The notes: generated from the letters alone by a model not told the origin. A stretch of 64,000 nt of DNA from Candidatus Fraserbacteria bacterium (GCA_947085185.1 CAMTVK010000002.1:64001-128000); one strand, 5' to 3'. Shown: positions 28,261 to 38,328, numbered from the stretch's first letter. Made by a program: numbers and translations.

Positions 28261-28961
28261 AAGTAATCTTTTTTGATCTTGACGAGACGCTCTTGGACAC
28301 CTCGGGCTGTCGGCCTCCCGCAGTTGAGGCGAGCTTTCGTGTCGCAGTCGGTGCGTATCCTTGGCTGGAGCTGGAGGCGTGGCGCAGGGCTTCTGAGGAA
28401 GTGAAAGCCGAGATGCACGATCTGTGGCTGAACTCTCCCAATTCGGGAGCGGAGCTCCTGCGTGAGGGATCGTATCGCATCTTACTGAAGCTCGGCATAG
28501 ACAATAGAGACGTAGCAACCCAAGCGAGTCAAGCGTACTATCGGACGTGGGTGAGCCAGCTGAAGCTCTTTCCCGAGGTGCGTGAAGTGCTCGCAGCGTT
28601 GCGCGGGCGGTTTCGGTTAGGGGTGATCAGCAACGGGCCGAGCGATCTCCAGAGATATAAGTTAAGACTCTTTGATTTGGAGCGCGAGTTTGACCCCATT
28701 GTGATCTCTGGGGAGGTCGGGGTGGCCAAGCCGGACTCAAGGATTTTTCGCTATGCGCTAGAGCGAGCGGGTGTCTCTGCCAGTGAGGCGCTCTACGTTG
28801 GAGACTCGCCGACTTATGACATTGCCGGGGCGAAGGGCGTAGGGATGAAGGTTGCTTGGGTGAACCGGGGGAAGCAGGCGCTTGCCCAGCCGGGGGTGCA
28901 TCCGGATTATGTGATTGAGGGGGTACAGGAGCTTCTAGAGCTTGTCAAAATGGGAATGTAA
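28257..28961 (+). CDS. HAD hydrolase (YjjG-like nucleotidase)
   Basis: [15 protein letters not shown] and YVGDS..YD motifs. Confidence 0.9.
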   Translation: MKVIFFDLDETLLDTSGCRPPAVEASFRVAVGAYPWLELEAWRRASEEVKAEMHDLWLNSPNSGAELLREGSYRILLKLGIDNRDVATQASQAYYRTWVSQLKLFPEVREVLAALRGRFRLGVISNGPSDLQRYKLRLFDLEREFDPIVISGEVGVAKPDSRIFRYALERAGVSASEALYVGDSPTYDIAGAKGVGMKVAWVNRGKQALAQPGVHPDYVIEGVQELLELVKMGM

Positions 28962-28987
28962 GGGCTTTGAGAATTCGTCGTTGCTGA

Positions 28988-29121
28988 GGAGGATCAAGGC
29001 TCCGAAGTTGGCGCTCCGCAAAATATTACTACAAGTGTGGGCACAATGCAACGAACTCCTTGAGCGTTCTCCACAGATGTGCCCACGAGAGGATGCCCGC
29101 TTCCGAGAAATCTTGATTTCC
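28988..29121. repeat. REP/MITE-like palindromic element related to the island-bounding repeat
   Basis: GTGGGCACA/TGTGCCCAC stem; 27/31 identity of 29071-29101 to 5784-5814. Confidence 0.6.
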
Positions 29122-29151
29122 TTCTAGAGAAGCGCTATTATTGGAGGCGCT

Positions 29152-29403
29152 ATGAAGAGAGGAGAGCGTTCAAGACGTCAAAAGATTGGCACGGTCTTAG
29201 ACAAAGAGCTTCTCACTGCGGTGAAGGTTTTAGCTCTGAAAGAGCGTAAGCAATTGGCGCAGGTCATCGAGGAAGCGCTATTAGACTATCTCTGGCGTAA
29301 GCGGGCTCAAGACGTTGTCGCTAGAACGTACGGGACACTTCCAGCTCCGCCACAGGTCGTCCAAGCGATTTTGGAAGAGGAACCAGGAATCCTTGAGGGC
29401 TAA
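29152..29403 (+). CDS. Antitoxin (RHH-like)
   Basis: Small protein upstream of and overlapping a PIN toxin gene. Confidence 0.7.
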   Translation: MKRGERSRRQKIGTVLDKELLTAVKVLALKERKQLAQVIEEALLDYLWRKRAQDVVARTYGTLPAPPQVVQAILEEEPGILEG

Positions 29404-29914
29404 ATCTTTGGGTAAGCTGCCTGCAGGCGTACGTGCCTTCATAGACGCAAATATTTTTATCTATCACTTTACTGGCACCTCTCAGGAGTGCAAAGAGTTT
29501 TTGGCACGCTGTGGGCGTGGCGAGGTTTTCGGAGTGACAGGAGTCTTTACCCTCTTAGAAGTCCTGCACCGGCTGATGATGATCGAAGCTACAGTGAAGA
29601 AGCTTGTCACGCCAGGCAGCGTGGCTAAGAAGCTCAGGAGGAAGCCCAAAGCTATAAAACAGCTCAGCAGCTATTACGAGCAGGTAAAGTCCATCTTGGA
29701 GATGGGATTCGATATTATCCCTTTAAGTCGAGAGATCATAGCCACGAGTGAGCGCTATCGCCGAGAGTATGGGCTTCTGGTCAATGACTCGGTCACAGTA
29801 GCTCTGGCTCTCAGTCAAGGGATTTCAACGCTAGTTAGTGCGGATCGGGATTTTGAGCGAGTGGAAGAGCTGGCTGTCTATAGGCCGATGGATATAGCAC
29901 ATGCAAGCCAGTGA
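29393..29914 (+). CDS. vapC: PIN-domain toxin
   Basis: FIDANIFIY, EVLHR, YGLLVND and SADRDF motifs; probable TTG start. Confidence 0.88.
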   Translation: MRAKSLGKLPAGVRAFIDANIFIYHFTGTSQECKEFLARCGRGEVFGVTGVFTLLEVLHRLMMIEATVKKLVTPGSVAKKLRRKPKAIKQLSSYYEQVKSILEMGFDIIPLSREIIATSERYRREYGLLVNDSVTVALALSQGISTLVSADRDFERVEELAVYRPMDIAHASQ

Positions 29915-29965
29915 GCCAGATGACGAGATCTTCCACGTGCGATCGTTGAGCTCAACGCAGCAACT

Positions 29966-31228
29966 ATGAGAGTTCTCTTAGTCGGCTCCGGCGGACGCGA
30001 GCACGCTCTGGCTTGGGGGCTGGCGCAGTCTCCCAAGCTCTCAAAACTGTATGTGGCCCCAGGCAACGCCGGCACTGCCCAGCTCGGCCAAAACGTCTCT
30101 ATACGCCCTGAAGATCTCTCTGGTCTTGCCCAGTTCGCCCAGCACGAAAAGATCGATCTAGCTGTCGTGGGCCCCGAAGCCCCCATCGTCGCAGGGATTC
30201 GCGAGGTCTTCGACAGAGAAAATCTCACAATGATCGCGCCTCCCCAGAGAGTCTCGTTCTTGGAAGGCAGCAAGGTCCAAGCCAAGGCGTTCATGGAACG
30301 CCATCAGATCCCGACCGCACGCCACGCCAGCTTCGCGAGCTTCGAAGACGCCCTCAGATTCGCGCGCACTATGCCCACCCCCTTGGTCATCAAGGCCGAC
30401 GGTCTAGCTGCGGGCAAGGGCGTCGCCATCGCCCGGACGCACGCCGAAGCTGAAAAGATTCTCTCTGAGTTTATGATCGCCAAAAAATTCGGGGAAGCTT
30501 CCCGGCGCGTCGTCGTCGAAGAATTTTTAGATGGGCGAGAGTTCTCGCTCTTCGTCGCTTCGGATGGGGTCTCTTGGAAGCTCTTGGGCACGGCCCAAGA
30601 TTATAAAAGGCTGCTCGACGGCGACCAAGGCCCAAACACTGGAGGGATGGGCTCGATCTCCCCTGTGCCGTGGCTCACCGAGAGCATGCTCGCTGAGACA
30701 ATACGCAAGATCGTGGCACCGACATTTGCCGCATTACGTCAAGAAAATCTCGGTTATGAGGGCATTCTCTATTTCGGGCTGATCTGGACCGAGCGCGGTC
30801 CGTATGTGTTAGAATACAATGTGCGCTTTGGCGACCCCGAGACTCAAGTCTTAGTGCCGAGATTCGATTTCGATCTGTTAGAACTCTATAGGGCTATCAC
30901 CGAGCGTCGGCTTGAAGACTTTGAGACCAAGCTCAAGCCTATCAGTGCTGTCTGCGTCGTCTTGGCTTCGGGAGGGTATCCGGAGCACTATGAGAAGGGC
31001 TTTCCCATCGAAGGGCTCAATACTATCACAGAGCCCGACGTGATCGTCTTCCACGCAGGCACGGCCTTCAAAGAGAGCCGAGTCATAACGGCCGGAGGCC
31101 GGGTGCTCAACGTCGTTGGGCTAGGCGCTTCTGTGCACGAGGCGCGCGCGCGCGCCTACGCGGCTCTCCAGAAGATTCGCTTTGCAGGGATGCACTCCCG
31201 CACGGATATTGCCGCCCAACTCTGGTGA
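29966..31228 (+). CDS. purD: Phosphoribosylamine--glycine ligase
   Basis: GSGGREHA, KADGLAAGKG, NTGGMG and RFGDPE motifs. Confidence 0.97.
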   Translation: MRVLLVGSGGREHALAWGLAQSPKLSKLYVAPGNAGTAQLGQNVSIRPEDLSGLAQFAQHEKIDLAVVGPEAPIVAGIREVFDRENLTMIAPPQRVSFLEGSKVQAKAFMERHQIPTARHASFASFEDALRFARTMPTPLVIKADGLAAGKGVAIARTHAEAEKILSEFMIAKKFGEASRRVVVEEFLDGREFSLFVASDGVSWKLLGTAQDYKRLLDGDQGPNTGGMGSISPVPWLTESMLAETIRKIVAPTFAALRQENLGYEGILYFGLIWTERGPYVLEYNVRFGDPETQVLVPRFDFDLLELYRAITERRLEDFETKLKPISAVCVVLASGGYPEHYEKGFPIEGLNTITEPDVIVFHAGTAFKESRVITAGGRVLNVVGLGASVHEARARAYAALQKIRFAGMHSRTDIAAQLW

Positions 31229-31303
31229 ATCACAAGCTTCGCGCCCTCCGTGATTCAACGCGCTCGATGTGATATAATAAAACGCTTCTTGAGGAGGAGT
31301 CTT

Positions 31304-32749
31304 ATGGCCGAGATCGAGCTGAGAAAGATCACAGATTTTATCTGGGAGATCCCGCAGACGGGCGGGATGCGCGTCAGCGCGCGCGTCTTCGCCAGCGAAA
31401 AATTATTAGAAAAGATCAAAGAAGACGAGACGCTCATCCAAGCCCGCAATATGACCCATCTGCCGGGGGTATACAACCCCGTCTGCGTTCTGCCCGACGC
31501 GCATCAGGGCTACGGCTTTCCCGTGGGCGGCGTCGCTGCTCTTGACGCCGAGAAGGGCGTTATCTCGCCTGGAGCTATCGGCTATGATATCAATTGTGGG
31601 GTGCGCGTCTGCAAGACGAACTTACACTATGACGATCTTGTGGGCAAAGAGCAGCTCTTGGTCGACACGCTCTTCAGCCAAATTCCCACAGGGATCGGCG
31701 AGGGCTCGATCGTGGGAAAACTCTCCAAAGCGGAGCTGGACAAGGTCGCGGTGCAGGGGGTGCAATGGGCACTGCGCCACGGCTACGCCGTCGAAGAAGA
31801 TTTAGAGCATTGCGAAGATAACGGCGTCCGCCCCGGCGCCGACCCCGATGCCGTCTCCCATGAAGCCAAGGAGCGCGCACAAAAACAATTGGGCTCATTG
31901 GGATCAGGCAATCACTTCTTAGAAGTCCAGCGAGTTGTCGAAATCTTTGACGAAGCCGTGGCGCGAGAGTTTGGGCTCTTCCAAGATCAGATCGTGGTGA
32001 TGATCCATTGTGGGAGCCGCGGCTATGGGCACCAGATCTGTACTGATTATCTGAGATTGATCGAGAGGGAGCATCGCGATCTGTTGCAATCATTGCCCGA
32101 TCGTCAGCTTGCCTGCGCGCCGGTGCACAGCAAGGTCGCACAGGACTATTACGCCGCTATGAACTGCGCCATTAACTTCGCATGGTGCAACAGACAGCTC
32201 ATCATGCACAAGGCGCGGGAGTGCTTTGAGCGGGTCTTTCGTGCGAGCTGGCGCGAGCTTGGGATGTCTTTGCTCTATGATGTCGCGCACAATATTGGCA
32301 AGCGCGAAACTCATAGAATCAACGGGCAAGAGATCGAGGTCTATGTCCATCGCAAGGGGGCGACCAGAGCGTTTCCCGCAGGGCGTCGGGAGGTCCCCGA
32401 GGCGTTCCGTCGGGTTGGGCAGCCCATCATCATTCCGGGATCGATGGGCACGGGCAGCTATATTCTAGTAGGCACGGAGATTGCGATGCGCGAGACGTTT
32501 GGGAGCACGGCGCACGGAGCTGGTCGCGTGATGAGCCGCGCCAAAGCCACCAAGCAATATCGGGCAGACCATCTCGTCAGCGAGCTGCGCGAGCGCGGCA
32601 TTTACGTTCGTGGGCAGAGCCGCGCCACGATCGCCGAAGAAGCTCCCGGGGCGTATAAAGACTTAGACGAAGTCGTCCGCGTCTCGCACGAAGTGGGGAT
32701 CGGCAGAAAAGTCGCCAAACTCGCACCGGTGTGCAATATTAAGGGGTGA
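31304..32749 (+). CDS. rtcB: RNA ligase RtcB
   Basis: GYDINCG, GSGNHF, HRKGA and HGAGR motifs; SD GAGGAGG. Confidence 0.95.
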   Translation: MAEIELRKITDFIWEIPQTGGMRVSARVFASEKLLEKIKEDETLIQARNMTHLPGVYNPVCVLPDAHQGYGFPVGGVAALDAEKGVISPGAIGYDINCGVRVCKTNLHYDDLVGKEQLLVDTLFSQIPTGIGEGSIVGKLSKAELDKVAVQGVQWALRHGYAVEEDLEHCEDNGVRPGADPDAVSHEAKERAQKQLGSLGSGNHFLEVQRVVEIFDEAVAREFGLFQDQIVVMIHCGSRGYGHQICTDYLRLIEREHRDLLQSLPDRQLACAPVHSKVAQDYYAAMNCAINFAWCNRQLIMHKARECFERVFRASWRELGMSLLYDVAHNIGKRETHRINGQEIEVYVHRKGATRAFPAGRREVPEAFRRVGQPIIIPGSMGTGSYILVGTEIAMRETFGSTAHGAGRVMSRAKATKQYRADHLVSELRERGIYVRGQSRATIAEEAPGAYKDLDEVVRVSHEVGIGRKVAKLAPVCNIKG

Positions 32750-32758
32750 ACTCCCGTC

Positions 32759-32794
32759 CCGTGGGTCGAGTGCGTCGCGCAGCCCGTCGCCAAG
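32759..32794 (-). pseudogene. Relic 3' end of a dppC-like gene
   Basis: Translates LGDGLRDALDPR; 20 bp identical to 32858-32877. Confidence 0.7.
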
Positions 32795-32829
32795 GGCTTG
32801 TCGAAGCGTAAATACTGTGGGGGCTGTTG

Positions 32830-33723
32830 TTAGCGCCCCTTCAGACGGGGATCTAACGCGTCGCGCAGCCCGTCGCCCAAGAGATTAAAGCCCAGCACGG
32901 CCAGCATAATAGCCAAACCCGGAAAGGTCGCGACATGCGGGGCAATTCTCAAATAATCGCGTCCTGTGCTGAGCATCACACCCCATTCGGGTATGGGGGG
33001 CTTGGCCCCCAGCCCCAAGAAGCCCAAGCCCGCCGCAAATAAGATGGCCGTAGCGATTTGAAGCGTGGACTGCACGATGATGGGGGCTAAGCAATTGGGC
33101 AGTATATGCCGGAAGATGATGCGTAGATCACCGAACCCCAGTGCTTTAGCCGCCAAGATGTAGTCCATCTCTTTGATAGAGAGCACCGAGCCGCGCACCA
33201 GCCGCGCATAAGTGGGAATCGAGGCCACCCCAATGGCCACCATGACGTTGGCCAGCCCCACCCCTAAGATACTGATCAGCACAATAGCCAAAAGCAGCCC
33301 AGGAAAGGCGAGCATCACGTCAATGACCCGCTGGATGAAGATGTCTAAACGGCCGTAATAGCCGGAGATGGCGCCTACGGGGACGCCCAAGAGCACGCCG
33401 ATGCCGACGGCGATAATTCCGATCCACAGTGAGATTCTGGCGCCATATATGATGCGACTGAGTATATCACGGCCCAGCTCATCGCGCCCCAGCGGGCTCT
33501 CTTTGGATGGGCCCTGCAAGGCTTTAGCAAAATCCGGCCGCAAGGGATCATAAGGTGCGATCCAGGGCGCCAGCAAACCCACCAGCACAAAGATGGCAAC
33601 GATGCCCAAGCCCACCAGAGCCCAAGGATTTCTGCGCAGGCGTTGCCAGGCGGTGGCCCCAAAACGCCCAATTGAAGGCTCTTTGATTGCTTCTTTGGGG
33701 ATCGGCACCGTCTTGTTAATCAT
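32830..33723 (-). CDS. dppC: Peptide/nickel ABC permease
   Basis: LGRDELGRD, HILPN and GDGLRDALDP motifs. Confidence 0.92.
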   Translation of the reverse strand: MINKTVPIPKEAIKEPSIGRFGATAWQRLRRNPWALVGLGIVAIFVLVGLLAPWIAPYDPLRPDFAKALQGPSKESPLGRDELGRDILSRIIYGARISLWIGIIAVGIGVLLGVPVGAISGYYGRLDIFIQRVIDVMLAFPGLLLAIVLISILGVGLANVMVAIGVASIPTYARLVRGSVLSIKEMDYILAAKALGFGDLRIIFRHILPNCLAPIIVQSTLQIATAILFAAGLGFLGLGAKPPIPEWGVMLSTGRDYLRIAPHVATFPGLAIMLAVLGFNLLGDGLRDALDPRLKGR

Positions 33724-34654
33724 AGTGGATGCGTGGATCTATATAGGCGTAGAGCAGATCGACGAGCAGATTCACCAAAACGAATGATACCGCCACGACT
33801 AAAATGGCTCCTTGAACGATAGGGTAGTCTCTTGTCAAAATCCCCTCCTCGACGATGAGGCGCCCGACCCCCGGCCAGGCGAAGACGGTTTCGGTGAGCA
33901 CGGCCCCGCTCAAAAGCGCCCCAAACTGCAGCCCAAAGACGGTCAGCACGGGGATGAGCGCATTTTTGAGTGCGTGCTTGTACGTGACCACCCACTCCTG
34001 CAGGCCCTTGGCACGGGCCGTCATGATATATTCTGAGCGCAGCACTTCGAGCATGGTGGAGCGGGTCATGCGGGCGATGATCGCCGCGGAAGAAGTCCCC
34101 AAAGTAATAGCGGGCAAGACCAGATGCAGGAGCGTGCCACGCCCCGTAGCGGGAAAGCCCCAGCCGATCCACTGCTGCAGCATCAATGCAAAAACCCACA
34201 TGAGCATGAGCCCCTGCCAGAACACCGGCATCGAGACACCAAAAAGCGCGCCCACCATGCTCACGCCGTCCACAAAAGAGTAAGGGCGAACCGAAGAAAT
34301 AATTCCCGCTACGAGCCCGATGAGCGTGGCCACGAGCATGGCCGCCAGCGTCAGCTCGATGGTATTACGAAAGCGCTCTAAGACCTTGGGGGCTACGGGA
34401 TCGTTCGTCTTGATGGAGCGCCCCAAGTCACCGCGCAGCAGGTCTTCCATAAAAATAATATATTGGGCCCAGAAGGGCTTATCTAAGCCAAGCGCTCGGC
34501 GGATGCTTTCGAGTTGTTCTTTCGTGGCCGCCTCGCCCGCGATCACAATGGCGGGATCGCCCGGCTGCAGACGAACCACCGCAAAGATCAGGAACGTCAC
34601 GCCCAAAAGCGTGGGGATGGCCAGCAATAAGCGTCGAACAATATAGCTGAGCAT
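33716..34654 (-). CDS. dppB: Peptide/nickel ABC permease
   Basis: PGDPA, ARAKGL and DPRI motifs. Confidence 0.92.
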   Translation of the reverse strand: MLSYIVRRLLLAIPTLLGVTFLIFAVVRLQPGDPAIVIAGEAATKEQLESIRRALGLDKPFWAQYIIFMEDLLRGDLGRSIKTNDPVAPKVLERFRNTIELTLAAMLVATLIGLVAGIISSVRPYSFVDGVSMVGALFGVSMPVFWQGLMLMWVFALMLQQWIGWGFPATGRGTLLHLVLPAITLGTSSAAIIARMTRSTMLEVLRSEYIMTARAKGLQEWVVTYKHALKNALIPVLTVFGLQFGALLSGAVLTETVFAWPGVGRLIVEEGILTRDYPIVQGAILVVAVSFVLVNLLVDLLYAYIDPRIHYD

Positions 34655-34676
34655 TCTGCTTTATTATACAACAAGG

Positions 34677-34706
34677 GAGCCCCGGTGCTTAACGAGCCCG
34701 GGGCTC
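34677..34706 (-). terminator. Stem-loop after dppA (terminator or stabiliser)
   Basis: GAGCCCCGG/CCGGGGCTC stem. Confidence 0.6.
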
Positions 34707-34735
34707 TTCGCTATTCCGTCCGTATTGTGTAGACT

Positions 34736-36688
34736 CTACTCAAGCCAGGCCTTCCAGGCGATGACCCGCTCGGTGACGTGCACCTCTACTCCCTTGGCGA
34801 CCTTGCGGATGCCCGTAATTTGACTTTCGCTGTGCAAGAAGAGCCAAGGCGCGTCGTCCCAGATCAGCTTCTGGGCTTCGGCATAGAGCCTCTTGCGAGT
34901 CGCGGGATCGGCAGTCGCACGCGCCTCATCGAGTAACTTATCTACAGCTTCATTCTTGTAGTAGCCGCGGTTAAACGGCCCCGGTGGCCACTGTGAGGAG
35001 TGGAACAATGCGTAGAGCCCGTAGTCGGCGTCTACCGTCACGGTGCCCCAGCCCAACAGATACATCTGATGCTCCGCTTCGCTGGGGGCCTTGTTGATGA
35101 AGGCCAGATAAGCCACGAATTCCATGGGCGTCAGCTCCACATCGAAGCCGCAGGTGCCCAACATGGCTTGAACCGCTTGGGCGATCTGGACGTCACGGAC
35201 ATAGCGGCCGCGCGGGGTGTGGAGCTTGAGCTTCAAGGGTGTCTTGACGCCCGCCTCGCGCAGCAGCGCAGCTGACTTGGCGGGGTCGAAGGGATAAGGC
35301 CCGACTTTGCTATAGCCGAAGACCTGCGGCACAATCGGCGCATCAGATACCCGAGCTTGGCCGCCCAGAATCGTCTTGACGATGGCATCTTTGTCCACAC
35401 AGTAGTTAACGGCTTGGCGGACGCGCTTGTCAGCCAGTGGATTGGGTGCGCCCCCTTCTTTATCGGGGATTCTTGGGCGGTTGTTCATCCCGATATAGAT
35501 TGTGCGCACGCTGGTAGTGAAGTCGAGTGTGATATTGGGGTCCCCTTGCAATCGCGGTACATCTAGGGGCGGCACGCGCACGGCCACATGCACCGTGCCC
35601 TTCTCCAGCTCGATCATACGCGCAGCATCATCGGGGATGACCCGCCACTCCAGCTCGTCGAGATACGGTAGGGAACGCCCCGCTGCGTCCTTGTCCCAGT
35701 AGTTGGGGTTCTTAACCAAATTGAGGCGCTCCAGCTTCTTCCACTCCTTGAGCATAAAGGGGCCGGTGCCATCGGGCTTGTCTTCTAAGCCTCGGCCACA
35801 CGGCGGTAATGCGGCGATGGCCTCGCGCAGGCGCTTGGCGCTGGTGATGCCGATCGAGCTGTGCGTTAAGTGTGCCAGAAGGGGTGCAAACGGCGTGAGC
35901 ACGCTGATCTTCACCGTAGAAGCGTCCACCACTTCCACCCCGCTCTTGTAGCCCGACAGATTCGTCTTTGCCACGGCCTCCACGAGCCCGCTGCCGTCGC
36001 TGTCCTTGGCATTGGCTACTGCTACTAAAGCGCTCGCGGCCTTATCGTCCGTCACCGCCTTAACGACATCTGCGGCTTTGGTGGTCCCAGCTACGAACTC
36101 AACGGTGATAGCTGTTCCCGTCACGGAGACTCTTAAGGCCGGACCGGCCTTGAGCTCGACGGAGATCGTATTGCCGTCGGCTCCGATGAGCTTCGCCGTC
36201 CAGACGATGGCGTTCTTTTTAGCTATGTCTCCCGTCGTCAGCGAAGCGGCGACATATGGGACACGTCCCAGCAAGACGGCGCGGAAGGGCGCCGCGCAGG
36301 CGGGGTTGAGGATCCGCTCCAGACTCAATTTGACGGACTCGGCGTCGAGAGCGGCGCCGCTGTGGAACTTAACACCCTTGCGCAGCTTCAGCGTCAACGA
36401 TAGGCCGTCTTTCGAGAACTCCCAGGACTCCGCCAGCCGCCCTACCACCTCGGTCTTTATCTCCCCCGTCCTCGGGTCATCAGCGATCTCCATACGAACG
36501 AGGGTCTCGGTGATGTGCTCGGAGATGGCTGCTGTAGGTGAGGCTGTGAAGGCAATGACATCTAATGATTCGGCATCCGTGCCTTGAGCGATCACCAACT
36601 TACCGCCGACCTTCTGAGCTTCCGCCTCGATGGCCATGCCCCATATAAAAGCCAGCACAGCCACCCACACCATCCACTTCTTAGGCAT
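34736..36688 (-). CDS. dppA: Peptide ABC substrate-binding protein (family 5) with an inserted domain
   Basis: LAESWEFS.DG...LRKGVKFHSG, GTGPF, NPNYW and RVRQAVN motifs; ~100-aa insert. Confidence 0.9.
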   Translation of the reverse strand: MPKKWMVWVAVLAFIWGMAIEAEAQKVGGKLVIAQGTDAESLDVIAFTASPTAAISEHITETLVRMEIADDPRTGEIKTEVVGRLAESWEFSKDGLSLTLKLRKGVKFHSGAALDAESVKLSLERILNPACAAPFRAVLLGRVPYVAASLTTGDIAKKNAIVWTAKLIGADGNTISVELKAGPALRVSVTGTAITVEFVAGTTKAADVVKAVTDDKAASALVAVANAKDSDGSGLVEAVAKTNLSGYKSGVEVVDASTVKISVLTPFAPLLAHLTHSSIGITSAKRLREAIAALPPCGRGLEDKPDGTGPFMLKEWKKLERLNLVKNPNYWDKDAAGRSLPYLDELEWRVIPDDAARMIELEKGTVHVAVRVPPLDVPRLQGDPNITLDFTTSVRTIYIGMNNRPRIPDKEGGAPNPLADKRVRQAVNYCVDKDAIVKTILGGQARVSDAPIVPQVFGYSKVGPYPFDPAKSAALLREAGVKTPLKLKLHTPRGRYVRDVQIAQAVQAMLGTCGFDVELTPMEFVAYLAFINKAPSEAEHQMYLLGWGTVTVDADYGLYALFHSSQWPPGPFNRGYYKNEAVDKLLDEARATADPATRKRLYAEAQKLIWDDAPWLFLHSESQITGIRKVAKGVEVHVTERVIAWKAWLE

Positions 36689-36819
36689 CTTGAATTCACC
36701 TCCCTAAATTTTCTGGGGCTTCCCCCAATAGCTTCTGTGCTCTCTTCCATTCACCTCCCTCTGGGCCGAAGTATAGTATAAGTCACCCTCAAAGTCAAGC
36801 GGATGAGAGGCGTGAGCCC

Positions 36820-38130
36820 TCAGGGCTTTTTGCTTATTAGCTCGCTTAAAAGCTTAGCCACCTCCGCAGGGCGATAGTCGGGATACTCGTGCTGCAGCCT
36901 CTTCAAGATGTCGATAGCCTTTGGGACTTGATCTTTCTGGGCATAGAGCCTAGCTAGGGTGTAAAGGGCTTGCAGGCCGTCTTCGCCCAACTTACCTTGG
37001 ACTCCCACTAGTCTTTGCTCGGCTTCTACGATCAGTTCATAGAGTTGGGTCGTCTCGGCGATCTTGAGTGCCGCCTTGAAATGTACCTTGGCGCTCTCGT
37101 AATCAGCCCGCCCTAAGTACGATTCGCCCAGCCCCTGAAGCGCCCTAAGTCTTTCTTCGGGGGCAAGTCTGTAAGCTAAAATCTTCTGATAGTGCTCAAT
37201 GGCCGCTTCAAAGACGTGCTGCTCTTGATAGAGCTCGGCAAGCTCGAATCGCGTGCTCACATCATCGGGCTCTAATTCTAATATTCTCTCCCCCAGCTGG
37301 CTCTTAAGCTGATATTGAGCCTGTGGTGCTACCGCCGGCCCCGCCGCCTTGAAGCCCTCACGATACTGCTGCAGGGCCTTTCCATTTTCGCCCCTCCTCA
37401 TATAGATCTCCCCCAGCCCCAGATGGGCTTCAGCTGCGGATGTGGTCTTAAGCGCCTCTGTGAAGATCTCTTCGGCCTCATTGAGCTTGTTTTGCGCTAG
37501 ATAAGTATTGCCCAGCTTGATTTGCACATAGGGCGTTGCCACTTGGGCTAGAGCATCCCGATAATAACTTTCTGCTTGAGCATAAGCGTTTTGAGCAAAG
37601 TGCACATCGCCCAAGGCCAGCAGCAGCTGGGGATCTTTGGGCTCTTTTTGGAGCAAGCTCTCATAAATCTCTTGGGCTTTGGCGAGATCGCCCTTCCCCT
37701 GATAGGCATTGCCCAAGCTCATTAAAAGGCTCTTCGTTTCGCGCTCGGGGGGCATCAGTGCCAGAGCCCTCTCGTAATAAATAACAGCTTCTTCATAGGC
37801 CTGATGAGCTAACACAATATCTGCGTATAGAATCAAGGCATCGAGGTGGTTGGGATCGAGCTCTAAGGCGCGCCAGAGATACCCGGCGGCGTCTAATACC
37901 TGCCCTTGCCGCCAGAGCGCTTCGGCTTGGTTATAGTAAGCTTGAGCGCTTGCCTTAACGGATTCCTGGAGTAGTGGAGCTGAGCCCTCTTTGCGCCGAG
38001 GCCCCAGAGCGAAGAGCAATGTCCCTATAGCTAGCATAACCCCCATAACGCCCACTAAGCTCAGATACTTGCGTTTTCTTATACCACACATCTTGGCCCT
38101 CATTATAAGTCGGGAAGCTGGAGAAGACAA
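36820..38130 (-). CDS. Membrane-anchored TPR repeat protein (start uncertain)
   Basis: N-terminal TM segment; many TPR helices. Confidence 0.85.
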   Translation of the reverse strand: MSSPASRLIMRAKMCGIRKRKYLSLVGVMGVMLAIGTLLFALGPRRKEGSAPLLQESVKASAQAYYNQAEALWRQGQVLDAAGYLWRALELDPNHLDALILYADIVLAHQAYEEAVIYYERALALMPPERETKSLLMSLGNAYQGKGDLAKAQEIYESLLQKEPKDPQLLLALGDVHFAQNAYAQAESYYRDALAQVATPYVQIKLGNTYLAQNKLNEAEEIFTEALKTTSAAEAHLGLGEIYMRRGENGKALQQYREGFKAAGPAVAPQAQYQLKSQLGERILELEPDDVSTRFELAELYQEQHVFEAAIEHYQKILAYRLAPEERLRALQGLGESYLGRADYESAKVHFKAALKIAETTQLYELIVEAEQRLVGVQGKLGEDGLQALYTLARLYAQKDQVPKAIDILKRLQHEYPDYRPAEVAKLLSELISKKP

Positions 38131-38220
38131 ATATAAGTTATCTGCATTACCAACAGCTCTTGTCTTTCTGAATGTCAGGTGCTATAATGAGCCCATCTTG
38201 GCATACAGGAGGTGGCAACA

Positions 38221-38316
38221 GTGATCATCATTGATCCGGTGTTGGTGCTGCTCTTTGCGTTCTGGCTGGTCTTCCTTACAGCGCTGATCGTCTTCCTCGC
38301 AGGCTCTGGCAGCTAA
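38221..38316 (+). CDS. 31-aa single-TM small protein
   Basis: SD AGGAGGT, GTG start, MIIIDPVLVLLFAFWLVFLTALIVFLAGSGS*; TGcTATAAT upstream. Confidence 0.65.
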   Translation: MIIIDPVLVLLFAFWLVFLTALIVFLAGSGS

Positions 38317-38328
38317 AGGAGAGAAACC

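Noticed and set aside
36694..36760. 12-bp direct repeat ATTCACCTCCCT upstream of dppA as an operator or uORF signal
   Set aside because: It is an SD sequence on the minus strand; the upstream copy abuts its ATG with no spacing and opens no convincing ORF.
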